A stretch of DNA of 64,000 bases from the human T2T-CHM13v2.0 reference genome, Homo sapiens: the NCBI RefSeq assembly GCF_009914755.1, contig NC_060934.1. One strand, 5' to 3'. The stretch's first letter is position 1. Each line of letters begins with the position of its first letter. This document shows positions 1 through 13,080 of the stretch, piece by piece. The position numbers were made by a program, and so were the translations under genes. A model generated the notes under the pieces. The model did no database searches and had not been told where the DNA came from. It saw nothing but the letters and a program-made list of their open reading frames with translations.

Positions 1-429
1 TCAAGAAATGATCAGTCATTATGTTATGGGAAATAATTCAGAGTACTGCCTTCACCACTTAAATGTGTCACCTGACTCTTTTCAGATACTTCCAGATGAA
101 AACAAACAAGGCTTAGAGAAAAATTACACATCAAAAACAACGTTGTTAATAAGCAAATTTAGATTTTAATTTCATCAACCTGCTGAAACAATAGCTCCTT
201 CAAGTGATGTGATGATATGAATTAGTATCTTATGTGCCCAGACATGAATATTATGAAATAATTTGCTGACTGAGTCCATGAATCAAGTTCCCCTTCATCC
301 TAATTCCATAGTCCCATCTGAAGACATTTCTTGAAAAAGTACTCCAGCAAAATGAACTAGAAGTTGGTATTTGAGAAAATAAGTAAGATGACCCCTTAAA
401 AATAAAAAGTGGTTAAAGATAATTTATGT

Positions 430-770
430 CTTTAGTGCTTCATTTTCTTTGAATAATAGAGATGTAGTAACATATAATCTCTGGCTATGAGTGGCATTTG
501 CCTGTTTTTCCTTTTAGTTCTGTCAGTTTTACTAATGAATTTGGATAGTTTGTCATTAGGTGTAACCTATTTGGGATTTTTGTGTCTTCCAGATAAAGGA
601 TGGGGCATTTTTTTTCATCGTGTAATGTCCTTCTTTATTCCTTGTGGTACTCTTTGCCTTGAAATATACTTTGATTTTAACACGGTCACACCAGCTGCCT
701 TATGCTTGCTTTTAACACAGAATACCTCTTTCCTTTCTTTATAAGACCATATCTTTATATTGAAAATATA
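430..770 (-). mobile_element. Old L1 (L1M-type) ORF2 fragment, antisense; host of the Hsmar1 insertion
   Basis: T-rich antisense L1-like text ending 'atctttatattgaaaatata'. It resumes after Hsmar1 as 'gatctcctctaaagactatacaattgggtcattcttttttatccactcag...gacaatctctgccttttaatt'. Confidence 0.6.
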
Positions 771-2050
771 AATGGTTGGTGCAAAAGTAATTGCGATTTC
801 AGACCATGAATTTTAAATCATTTTAACTAAGCTGAAACACATCTTTATTAATCAAAATAGAAACCATTACAATCAACACATTTTTGCCAATGAGAAATAA
901 GTTTGTTTATTCCTGTAGCATACAAATCCATGCTCCGGAATTTGATGAACTCTTGGAAAGCATTTTCTGCATGCTGCTGGTTGTGGAAGCGTTTTTCCCT
1001 CCAAAAAGTTGCTGAGATGCTTGACGAAGTGGTAGTCAGTTGGTGAGAGGACAGGTGAATATGGAGGAGGATGCAATACTCTGTAGCCCAATTCGTTCAA
1101 CTTTTGAAGGGTTGATTGCATTGATGTGCAGTCGGGCGTTGTCGTGGAGAAGAAATGGGCCGTTTATGTTAACTAATGCTGGCTGCAGGCATTGCAGTTT
1201 TTGATGCATCTCATCAATTTGCTGAGCATACTTGTCAGGTGTAGTGGTTTCACTGGGATTCAGAAAGCTGTAGTGGATCAGACAGGCAGCAGACCACCAA
1301 ACAGTGACCATGACCTTTTTGGTGCAAGTTTGGCTTTGAGAAGTACTTTTGAGCTTCTTCTTGGTCCAACCACTGAGCTGGTCATCGCTGGTCGTCCTAC
1401 AAAATCCACTTTTCATTGCACGTCACAAATCAATTGAGAAATGGTTCATTGTTATGTGTAGAATAAGAAAAGACAACACTTCAAAATGATTTTTTAAAAA
1501 TTTTTACTCAGCTCATGAGGCACCCACTTATGGAGCTTTTTTATGTTTCCAATTTGCTTTAAATGCCAAGTGACCATAGAATGGTTGATGTTGAGTTCTT
1601 GGGCAACTTCTCATGTAGTTGTAAAAGGATCAGCTTCAATGATTGCTCTCGGTTGTTGTCAACTTCTGATGGCTGGCCATTACGCTTCTCATTTTCAAGG
1701 CTCTTGTTGCCTTAGCAAAACTTCTTGAACCACCAGTGCACTGTACCTTCATTAAGAGTTGCTGGGCCAAATGCGTTGTTGTTGTTGTGAGTTATCTCTG
1801 CTACTTTGCGACCCATTTTGAACTGGAATAAGAAAATTGCTTAAATTTGCTTTTTATCTAACATCACTTTCATAGTCTAAAATAAATGTAAATTAAGCAG
1901 CAAGTAATAAGTCATTAGCAAAACATAAAGTGAGAAATGTGCATGGAAATGATGTATCATGTGACCGCATTTATTTAAGATTGTATTCCAATATCAAATG
2001 GCAAATTTCAACAATGCAAAAACTGCAGTTTCTTTTGCACCAACCTAATA
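771..2050 (-). mobile_element. Full-length Hsmar1 mariner DNA transposon (~1.28 kb), decayed
   Basis: Terminal inverted repeats 'ggttggtgcaaaagtaattgcga' (774-796) and 'aactgcagtttcttttgcaccaacctaata' (2021-2050), with TA at both ends. The interior encodes mariner transposase fragments. Confidence 0.95.
848..1873 (-). pseudogene. Hsmar1 transposase pseudogene (stops and frameshifts)
   Basis: ATG at 1873 (MKVMLDKKQI then stop). WVPHE lies at ~1511-1530. TCNEKW shows the first catalytic D changed to N. The ORF track gives KVMVTVWWSAACLIHYSFLNP..LLHDNAR and PPYSPVLSPTDYHF. It ends ...YFD-stop at 848. Confidence 0.93.
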
Positions 2051-4540
2051 GATCTCCTCTAAAGACTATACAATTGGGTCATTCTTTTTTATCCACTCAG
2101 ATGGACAATCTCTGCCTTTTAATTAAGAGTATTTAGCTCATTTAGTTTTATTATGATTACTAATGTGGTTGGGTTTAAGTCAACCATCTTGCTTTCTTTT
2201 ATGTATTTTTTTGTTCTCCTGCTCCTTTCTGCCTTCTTTTGTGTTAATCAACTATTTTTATTCTATTTTATTTTCTTTATTGCCTTAGCTATACTTCTTT
2301 TATTATTTTTTTATTTTTGCTAACAATACACATGCTCAATTATCAGAGTCTATTTAGAGCCTATGTATTGTACATTATTCCATCACATTTTACCCTTAAC
2401 ATCTAATATTTTACATTTTTCTTTACACTTCTTTCTTTCCATTAAACACTTGACACTTCCCACTTTACTCTTGTACTTAACATTTTAAAAATGTAATAGC
2501 CACACAATAGTAAAATTCTATTCTACTGCCTTACTTTGTAAAATTTCTATCGTTATCTTTTACTTATACATACATTATAAACCCCATCTTACAATTTTAT
2601 TTGGCTATAAATGCTTTTAAGTAAATTACGATACTCAAGAAAGCACAATTTAAAAACATTAACCCACCTATTTGCCACTTTTGCTTCTCTTGCTTCCTTC
2701 CTGTAGATCCAAGTTTCCATCTGGTTTATTTTGACCTTTATAAAGGATATGCTGTAGGAGAGATTACTGGTAGTGACTTTTCTCAGCTTTCGTTATCTGA
2801 AAACAACTTTATTTTCATGTTTAAAAGATATTTTCAAAAGATGTAGACAGAGGTTCATAGTGTTTTCCTCTCAGTACTTTATCTTATCCCATTGTCTTTT
2901 GGCCTCCATTATTTCTTATGAGAAACCAGTGATATATCTTATTCTTGTTCTTCTGTATAGAATATTTTTCTTTTAACCTCTAGTTACTTTTGATCTTTTT
3001 TCTTTGTCTTTAGTTTTCAGCATTATGACTGTAATTTGTTGTGGTATAGTTATCTCCCTATTTATAATACTTGAGGTTCTTTGAACTATTTAAATCTGTA
3101 AGTCAATGTTTTTTCATCAAGTTTCTGATATTTCCAGATATTAGTTGTTCAAATAATTTTTCTGCCTCAAGTTTACTCTTTTGTTTTTCTTGGATTCCAA
3201 GATCATCTGATATTGTGCCACAGATTTCCAAGGACCTGTTTAGTTTTCTCTGATATGCTCTCCTTTTGCATTCTTCAGATTGGTCAGTTTCCAGTGATGT
3301 AACTCTCTATCCTCTGACTCTTTTCTGTGCTATCTCCAATCTGCTGTGAGTCCCGGCCTATGAATTTTTAATTTCAGTTATTTACTTTTCAGGTCTAGAA
3401 TTTCTATTTGATTCTATTTTATAGTTTCCATTGATCTGCTTATATTTTTTATCTGTTCATTTATGAGGACCATTTTTTTAAATTATTTGACCATTTTAAA
3501 CATTGATTCTTTGAACATATTTATGTTTGCTTCCTTAAGGACTTTGTTTCCTAAAATAAAGATTTAGACCATCTGAAATTTAGTTTCTATTGCCTGGACT
3601 TAAATTTTCCTGTTTTTTCATACATTTACTAATTTTTGATTGAACACTGGACATCGTAAATAATCTGTTGTAGCAACTCAAGATTCTGTTATATATATCT
3701 GAAGATAATTGACTCTTGTTCTAGTGGGCAGTGCAATTATTCTGTGATCATATTGACTTGTGCTTGGTTTTATGCTTTTTTTGTACAGAACTGTGGAAAA
3801 CTTAAGGTACTTCCCAAGCCAGTCTAGCCTGTTGGAATTCAATATCATAACACTGTCTCCCTGCAGGTAGTACCTGAGTTTGGCTCTATACTTGGTTAGG
3901 ATGATCTAGAATAACTCTTACTCTGGGATGAAGTCTTTACTCATAAGGTGCGGCCTTTGTGGTGTCTCAGTTGTATGCCCACAGTGTTAAAGATATTTTC
4001 CTCAGATCCCTCCACTATGGCAAGGCAAAAACTTCAGTGTTCTAGGACAGGTGTTCCACCATCATTGCTTGACCTCAATGTCTCTGCACTACATTAATCC
4101 TATTTTGTTTGCTACCTGTAGGCCTCATGTAGTCTCATCTTGCAAATACACAGCCCAGCCGTTAGCCACAGACTTACAGCGATCCCATACATGGATTCTG
4201 GGGCTTCCTTTTTGCACATCTTCCTCTTATCTGGTGCCATTCCCTGACCCACAGATTTGAGACACTTTAGTTGCCCTGAACTTGGATGTTTGTCCCCTAA
4301 GCTCATTGGAATTGGTGTGCTCTACCTCACAGCTGGGCAATTGTCCTTTGGCAGGAAGCCAGGGCAATTGTGTAGATCACTTCATGGGTTTCCCTTCTCC
4401 AAGAGATCCTAGTCGGATGCTGCCTGTTGCTGAATACCCGAAAACAACTGTCTCAATATTCTCTTCAGCATTATGGTTGCTTATGGCTGCTGCAGGGCTA
4501 GTTTGGTACCAAGTAGTCTAATATGGCTAGCAGCAAATGG
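2051..4540 (-). mobile_element. Old L1 (L1M) antisense: ORF2 start, ORF1 and probable 5' region
   Basis: Typical antisense L1 ORF1 phrases, e.g. 'cccattgtcttttggcctccattatttcttatgagaa', 'ttcagttatttacttttcaggtctagaatttctatttgattc'. Confidence 0.65.
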
Positions 4541-7289
4541 GTTTCAGTATATTTTAACAACTTTCTAAATTTATTATATATGCACAATAAAGCTCGCAAA
4601 ATATAAATAAATCATGAAAGGCAATTAGAGTTACAGGAAAGAATATAATTATTGAAAATATTGACAACACGTACAAAATAATTTAACCAAATTCAGGAGG
4701 TGGGGACAGAGATAAATGGAAAAAAGTGATTCCACTTGAATTTTCTCATATTTTTATCAGCAATAGAGTTCAATACATATTATTTAAAGTTAAGCATTCA
4801 GGATTTAGATTACCTTATTAAAGGTATAAACATAGCCTCTAGAATAGCCAGTGGGAGATAGAAAGGAAGGGAAAGTAGAGGTAATGAAAATAAGCTCAAT
4901 TCCTAATTTTATAATAAAGTGAAGTCAGCAAACACTTATTATATAAAATGGGTAGATCTAGAAATAAGACTTTAACATTATTTAAAGTTACAGTGGTAAC
5001 TTCCAGAATAGCGAAAAAACTGAAACTATGAAAAGTGGCTTCTTCTGGGGGATATGAGTAGGGTGACAGAATAAATACATTTTTTAAATTGTTTTTTCTT
5101 TCCTTATGATTTGAAATTTCACGGATATAAGGTGTATTTTCTCCTCGATTTATTAGCACTTATAGTCATTACTCGATTCCTTATTTATTGTATAATATAC
5201 AGCATTATAGGTGCATATGTGTATATTTTTAATTACAAATATAAAATAATGCAATCAAATACAGGGTTGTTCAGTTCTCAGCATACATGAGAAATATTCC
5301 CTTAATTACCATGTGCCACTCAAAGTCCTGGGCACTGCCTATGCCCAGCATATGTTCTTGTATTTCACTTTGCTGTCATGTTAGCACAACTTCAAATATC
5401 TGAAGGAAACCCTACAAGTCAGAGAAGCACCCATTTTGACTATGGGGTGTCAAACGTGTAGATTTCAGGAAGTATAAACTGAATTCATCACTTTTCAATG
5501 GGAAGACACAGAGGGTGCATTCCTAATTGCATCTCTTCGACTCTTTCTTTTTCTTCTCTCTTGCACATCACTTGATTTCTTGTTCTTCCTGGAGTCTCTG
5601 AAATAATAATAAAAAAGGAATAAAAAATCTATTAAAAATGCCTTTTACTGTGTGTCTGTCCTTGGCAGGGCAACACCGTATGCTGAGCTTAACCTGGGGC
5701 TTTAGAAATGCTGTTCAAGTTCAGAGGCTCAATTAAATGTTTTGAACGGTTTATACTCTGGCAATGTGTTTAAGCGAATGTGTCTTTAAGATGACATCCA
5801 CCATTTATGGTTTGGAACTTGGGTTGGAAGTACGGGTTGTCATTGAAATAAAATAGGAGCCTTCCCAGGCTTTATTAGAGGGTTTTTTAGGGTTTGCCAT
5901 TCTTTTCACCTTGACATTTATGCTAAAATTTAGAGTGTCTGATCTTTCCTACTCTAGTTCCTTTTTTTTTTTTCACTAAATGGGGAAAACAATAAAGTCC
6001 TTGCAGTAGTTGTGAAGAGGAGAAAAGTCAGCTTCACAGCTGCTTTCGAATAGCTCGTTGCAGGGGAATTGCACTTTTTGGCAACTGCAAAATCCTTTTG
6101 GGATCGATAGGGATAACACTGGAGAGAGAAGCCAGCTCCCTTAATTTTGATAATGAAATTAAAACAAAATCGTCTGCTCATATTCCAAACTAAGCCATGT
6201 TTACGTTTGCCTTCATTCTAATAAAGGTGTGTAAAAACTTGATTGCTTTATCTGGGAAAAAAATAATTGTACTCATAGATGGTCACAAAATCATTGATGA
6301 TTTTATTTTCTGGAGAGTGGGCTTTATTTGACCTCCAGTGCCTGTCAAAGTGCTGTTACTTGGACCTAATTAATGACTGTGAATATTGGATAAACGAGCC
6401 CTGGGCCATTTGTAGGTTCATGACCACAGGTAGGGACCCAGCAGATAAAACAGGGTAGATTGCTGTGGAAGAAGCTGGAACATCACTTTCAGAAGAGTAA
6501 ACATGAAAATAGACATTTGGAGTGGTCTTTTTTAAAAAGACTTTATAACAAACAGAAACACCCATGACCAAGTGGTCTTCGTAGATAACAACCTCTTCTA
6601 CCTGTGGCCCAGCCTGAATTAAAACCTTCCATGCTCAATTTTGAAAAGACAAGAATATGAATTCAAGATAAAAACAATAGTAAGCCATACAAGACAAAAT
6701 GTATATATATATGTCAGAGTAAATTATTTAGCTTTTCTACATTTTCTAATTGCAGAGTTGTTGGATGAATTCATTAAAGCGTCCCCCAACCCCCACCACC
6801 GCCTCCACCTCAGCACATACTTGTCTGAGTTTTAGGTGACCCAACATCAGTTGTAGGTTAATGTCAATAAACTGAAGGCAGAAATGGTAAGGTGAGATCA
6901 GACATTTCCCAGAAACAGTTCATATCTGGAAATACTGATAAGCTCCCAGAGGCATGGAGAGGATATTCCGCAGTGGAGTGTCCTGGCTGAGGCCTTCTTG
7001 CCTTGCTGTCTGCCTTCTGTGGACAGGGGCTCTATCATGAGAGGATCAGGAAATGGAATATAATCTATTGCAGGGTTCCTAGAAGGAAGCATGCAGAATG
7101 TCCACTTCAAGGTACAGACAGATAAAGAAAGACATTGAAAAATAAGAATCAGCCCTGAACAGGAAACGCTAAAAGGTTAGGAACAAAAGTATGCTTTTAA
7201 TTAAAGAAATGACATCCCTAAGATTATTTTTTCAAGGTTTTGAGAAATCTATCTTTTCTTGTTCTAAGTCTTCTAGTTTTAGAATTGCT

Positions 7290-9030
7290 TCATTACTAAT
7301 TTATATTGTAAAAGTAATATGTAAACATGGTTAAAAAGTTAACCTGAACCAAAAGAAAAACAACAAATATAGACCCTTGTCTTGAGGTGTACAGTCTCAC
7401 TCTGTGAATTTTATCACTATTCCTTGTTTTGCTTCTTGTGTAAACAATTCCTAGAAATTTTATTTTCTTACATATAGGCACGCACACACACACCACACAC
7501 AGATTCTTTTTGGTCTTTATGGAGAAATAAAAAAGCATAATAAAATAACCATAATATGATTTGAAACTTGAGTTTTTATTCAACATCATATCCTGAAGAT
7601 CTTTGAATTCCAATTCATACAGCTTCTGCCCTTTCTAACATCATTATAGAAGAGAATGTACACATTACCATAATGCAGTCAGCTTTCAGGCTTTTCCTAG
7701 ATTTTTTGCTATTTTAAACAATGCTACTGTGAACATCCATACAGGGTATGTCTTTGTGAACTTTATCTGTAGAATAAATTCCTTGAAGTGGAACTGATGA
7801 GTTAATTTCATTAGAGAATAATCCCATTTTTATAATCCTTATAATCCTATCAGTTTGCCCATTTGAGAGTGCCTATAGGTAACAATTGCTTTGATAATAC
7901 TGTTTCAATTTGCATATCTTTAATTAGACATTAAGTTGAGTCTTAGATTTTATTTGCCATTTATTTACTTTTCTATTTGTAGTCAATGTTCATTTTTCTA
8001 AAGTATTATCTTCTTTTTCCTAATGATTTGTATAGCACTTTACCACCCTCATTACAAAAATGTTTCTTTATTAAATGTGTTTTCCTCAGATTGTTTGTTC
8101 CTTTCTATTGTTTATAATACAATATCACAAATTTTATGTTATAAAATATGTGCTTACATTGATCAAACTTGCTGCTTTTGCTTCTAGGTTTTGTGTTTTG
8201 CTAAGAAGTACTTGTCTACTTCAAGATAATATTAAAGATAAAAATCCTGTCGATTTTTTTCTTCTGATAGTTTAATCCTTTCATTTTTTTCATTTAAATA
8301 TTTGATTTACTTGGAAATGAATTTGGTGAAAAAAGGTAAGAATTCCAAATGTCTAATCTTCGATCTTTTCCTTATGGATTTGAGATGCCAGATGTATTTG
8401 GTTTATGTTTGGCTTTTTAATATGTCTCTCCCTGATTTCACTGCCTATTTCTGGGTCGATACTCAACTATTCTAGTTTTTGCAGTTTTCAAGTGGATATT
8501 AAGATCTGCTAGGGCTACCATGTGGTAGTTTATTTTTTGGCAATTTCTCTGGCTTTTTTGTGCTTTGATTTTTCTCTATGAATTTTAAAAGAGCTCATCA
8601 TTTCTCTCTCTCTCAAAAATCTCATTGGTGTTTTGATTAGGACTGGAATGCATTTACAGAGAAAGTTGGAGAGAACTGGCATCTGCACAATATTAGATCT
8701 TTTTAGCCATGTACAAATTGTGTGTTTAAATGGATTTAAGACTTCTTTTATGCCTCCCAGTAGGAGTTCATTTTCTTTTTTGTTGTTGTTAACTTTCTTC
8801 TTAATATTAAAGAGTATTGTTTTCCCTATCATTTTATGTTTTAACTAGTTATTTTTCACATATACTGTAGGAAAGCTATTGATTATAGATATCAAATTTT
8901 TCCTAACCACCATACTAAATTTTCTTATTGTTTCTATTGTTTTTTAACAGCTGCTTTTCTTGGCTTTTTTTTTGGCTGTGTGATCATTATCAGGAAATTC
9001 AGGAAATAACAACTTTGCCCTTTTTGTTCT
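7290..9030 (-). mobile_element. Ancient L1 (L1ME/MC-like) antisense fragments
   Basis: 'tttgctattttaaacaatgctactgtgaacatcc', 'ggtgttttgattaggactggaatgcatttacagagaaagttggagagaactggcatc'. Confidence 0.55.
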
Positions 9031-9032
9031 GA

Positions 9033-9311
9033 TTTTTTTTTTTTTTTTTGAGACAGAGTCTTGCTCTGTTGCCCAGTGTAAAGAGATCTTGTCTCACTAC
9101 AACCTTCACCTCCTGGGTTCAGGCGATTCTCCTGCCTCAGCCTCCTGAGTAGCTGGGATTACAGGCACCCACCACCATGCCTGGCTAATTTTTGTAGGTT
9201 GGGGTTTCAACATGTTGGCCAGGCTGGTCTTGAACTCCTGACTTCAGGTGATCCACCTGCCTTGGCCTCTCAAGAGTGCTGGGATTACAGGCAAGAGCTG
9301 CCGCACCTGGC
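9033..9311 (-). mobile_element. Alu (AluS-like) with small internal deletions
   Basis: Poly-T followed by 'gagacagagtcttgctctgttgcccag...gctgggattacaggc...gcacctggc'; flanking TGATTTT duplication. Confidence 0.92.
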
Positions 9312-11323
9312 TTGATTTTTATCTTTTAGCTCTCTGTTAATTGCATTGGTATTTTGAGAACAATATGGTATGGATCTATTCTTTTTTTTTTAAGTAGTAA
9401 GTAGGATTATGGAAAGCAAAAGTGCCTCAATATACAAAGTACATTATCCTGCCTAGAGGTGGAAGTCCATCAGTGGACAATGAGCAAATCAATCCCAACA
9501 GCCTCACCATCCACAGACGGAACTGGATTCTCCAATAACAAGTTGGTACCGTCCACCTGCCCTGAGGCTGGCGCTGTTCTGTGTACCGGGACCCAACCAT
9601 GAGCTGAGCCCTTTGTGATGTGTACCTTACTCATGCAAGCTTTCAGCTTTCAAATACGTGCAGGCATACCTCATTTTATTGCATTTTGTATTATTGCACT
9701 TGGCAGACATTGTATTATTTGCAAATTAAAGGTTTGTGGCAACCCTGCGTCAAGCAAGTCTGTTGGTGCCATTTTTCCAACAGTGTGTGCTCACTTCATG
9801 TCTCTGTGTCACATTTTGGTAATTCTCATGGCATTTAAAACTTTTTCATTATTTTTCTATCTCTCATGGTGATCTGTGATTAGTGATCTTTAATTTTCCC
9901 ATTGTAAATGTTTTAGGGTATCATGAACCACATCCATATTAGACAGCAAATGTAATTGATAAATGCCTGTGCTCTGGCTGGTCCACTGACACACTGTTCC
10001 CCAATTCTCTCCCTCTCCTCAGGCCTCCCTATGCCCTGAGACACAGTATTGAAATCCAGCCAATTAATAACCCTAAAATACCCTCTAAGTGTTCAAGTTA
10101 AAAGAAGAGCTGCAGATCTCTCACTTTAAATGAAAACTAGAAATTATTAAGCTGAATAAAGAAAGCAGGCTGAAAGCAGAAATTGGCTGAAAGCTGGACA
10201 TCATAGACCAAACAGTTAGGCAAGTTGTGAATGCAAAGGAAAAGTTCCTGAAGGAAAGTGAAAGTGCTATTCCAGTGAACACATGAATGCTAAGAAAGTG
10301 AAACATCCTTATTGCTGATTTGGAGAAAGTTTTAGTGGTCTGGATAGAAGATCAAACCAACCACAACATTCACTTAAACTAAAGCCTAATCCAGAGGAAG
10401 GCCCTAACTCTCTCCAATTCTCTGAAGACTGAGAAAGGTGCAGACACTGCAGAAGAAAAGTTTGAAGGTAGCAGAGGTTAGTTCATTAGGTTTAAGAAGA
10501 GAAGCCATCTCCATAACATTAAAGTGTAAGGTGGGTAGCAAGTGCTGATGGTTATCAGCTGCAGCAAGTTATCCGGAATGTCTAAGACCATTGATAAAGG
10601 TGGCTACATTAAACAACAGAATTTCAATATAGACATAACAGCCTTATATTAGAAGATGCCATCTAGGACCTCCATAGCTACAGAGAAGTCAATGCCTGGC
10701 TTCAAAGTTTCAAAGGGCAGGCTGACTCTCTTGTTCGGGGATAATGCAGCTGGTGACTTTAAGTTGAAGCCCATGCTTATTTACTATTTTGAAAATCCTA
10801 GGGCCCTAAGAATTATGTTAAATTGTGTTAAATTGACTCTGCCTGTGCTCTATAAATGGAAAAACAAAACCTGGATGACAGCACATCTGTTTACAGCATG
10901 GCTTACTGAATATTTTAAGCCCCCTCTTGAGACCTACTGCTCAGAAAAAAAGATTCAAAATCTTACTGCTCATTGACAATGCACCTGGTCATCCATGAAC
11001 TCTGATGGAGATGCACAAGGAGGTGAATGTTGTTTTCAGCCTGCTAACACAACATCCATTCTGTAGCCCATGGATCGGGGGGTAATTTTGAGTTTTATGT
11101 CTTATTATTTAAGAAATACATTTTATAAGGCTAGAGTTTCTATAAAATCAGAGTGGTTCCTCTGGAAGATCTGAGAGAAGTAAACTAAAAATCTGGAAAA
11201 GATTCACCATTCTAGATGCCATTAAGAACATTTGCAACTCATGGGAGAAGGTCAAAATATCAACATTAACAGGAGCTTGAAAGAAGTGGATTCCAACCTT
11301 CGTGGAGGACTTTGAGGGGCTCA

Positions 11324-11590
<267 letters not shown>

Positions 11591-11613
11591 CTTTAACAGA
11601 TGAGGAGTTGCTT

Positions 11614-11877
11614 GTGTCACCCTGGCTGGAGTGCGATGGCACGATCTGAGCGTGCTGACACCACCGCCTCCTGGATTCAAGCAATTCTCCTGCCTCAGTC
11701 TCCTGAGTAGCTGGGATTATAGGCGCATGTCACTATGCCCAGCTAATTTTTCTATTTTTAGTAGAGACAGGGTTTCACCACATTGGTCACGCTGGTCTCG
11801 AACTCCTGACATCGTGATCTGCCCATCTCGGCCTCCCAAAGTGCTGGGATTGCAGGCGTGAGTCACCGTGCCAGGCC
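11614..11877 (-). mobile_element. Alu (AluS-like) lacking its poly-A tail
   Basis: 'gtcaccctggctggagtgcgatggc...gtgagtcaccgtgccaggcc'; flanked by ggagttgctt / ggaattgctt. Confidence 0.9.
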
Positions 11878-11968
11878 AAGGAATTGCTTCTTGTGAAAGA
11901 GCATCTACTTCTGGTAATGATACTGGGAACATTGTTGAAATAATAACAGGCAATTTCAAATTTTACAT

Positions 11969-12119
11969 GTTTTTTTCTTTTTAAAAAACTTTTTATTTTA
12001 TTTTATTTTAAGTTCCGGGATACATGTGAGGATAAATAGCTAATGCATGTGGGGCTTAATACCTAGGTGATGGGTTGGTAGGTGCAGCAAACCACCATGG
12101 CACACGTTTATCTATGTAA
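11969..12119 (-). mobile_element. Short L1PA 3' end with 5' inversion (twin priming)
   Basis: Antisense tail 'tttt...ttaagttccgggatacatgtg' is joined to sense 'aggataaatagctaatgc...cacacgtttatctatgtaa'. TSD-like aaattttacat / aaattttatat. Confidence 0.85.
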
Positions 12120-12636
12120 ATTTTATATAAATTTAATTGATAAAGCAGCAGAAGGATTTGAGAAGATTGACTCAAGTTTTGAAAGAAGTTCTATTGTGAG
12201 TAAAATGCTATCAGACAGTATCACACGCTACAGAGAAATGTTTTGTGAAAGGAGGAATCATTAGATGCAGCAAACTTCATTGTTGTTTTATTTTAAGAAA
12301 TTGCCACAGCCACCCCAGCCTTCAGCAACCACCACACCCATCAGTCAGCGGTCATCAACATCCAGGCAAGACCCTGGACCAGCAAAAAGGTTACAACTTG
12401 AAGACTCAGCTGTTCCTTAGCATTTTTTAGCAATAAGGTATTTTAAACTTAAGGTATGCACATTGATGGTTTAGACAGAATGCTATTGCACACTTAATAG
12501 ACTACAGTTTAGTGTAAACATAACTTTTATATGCACTGGAAAACAAAAAAAAATCATGTGACTTACTTTATTGCAATATTTGCTTTATTGCAGTGCTCTG
12601 GAACTGAACAGGCAATATCTCTGAGGTATGTCTGTA

Positions 12637-13080
12637 AATAGTGGTTTGTTCATACAAGGAAATACCATACGCTAGTTAAAAATTAATGAACTAGATTCAC
12701 ATGCCTCTGTGTGGGTAAACAAAAAAAACATAACTCTGAGTTAAAAAAAATCAAGTTTCAGAAGAAATAACTTGTGTGTAAATTAAAACATAATTAATTC
12801 AAGAGTACATATCATTTGTGGGAAAAGGAATAGGAATATTTAGTAAAAGCAACAAAATATATATGCAAATGAATCCCACTTTACAGTATTGCTTATGTTT
12901 TGGGGTGGTTGCAGCAGTACCTGTAACAATTGATTTCAAACAATGTCCAGTAAAAATACGTTAAATATGATTAAATATGTTAATATATGTTAAACCTGGG
13001 AAGTGAGTATGTGGGCATCTTTATTCCATTTTCTGTTCTCTTTTTATGTTTGAACTATTTCATAATTAAAAATATACAAA
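12637..13080 (+). mobile_element. Ancient L1ME-like 3' end
   Basis: 'gtggtttgttcatacaaggaaataccatac...aatgaactagattc...tgtttgaactattttcataatt'. Confidence 0.55.

Noticed and set aside
848-1873. SETMAR gene exon
   Set aside because: Has a premature stop, frameshifts and both TIRs, and no SET-domain exons are present. It is a dead Hsmar1 copy.
10656-10976. TIGD1-like domesticated transposase
   Set aside because: Only a 106-aa open remnant within a Tigger1 that has many stops and nested insertions.
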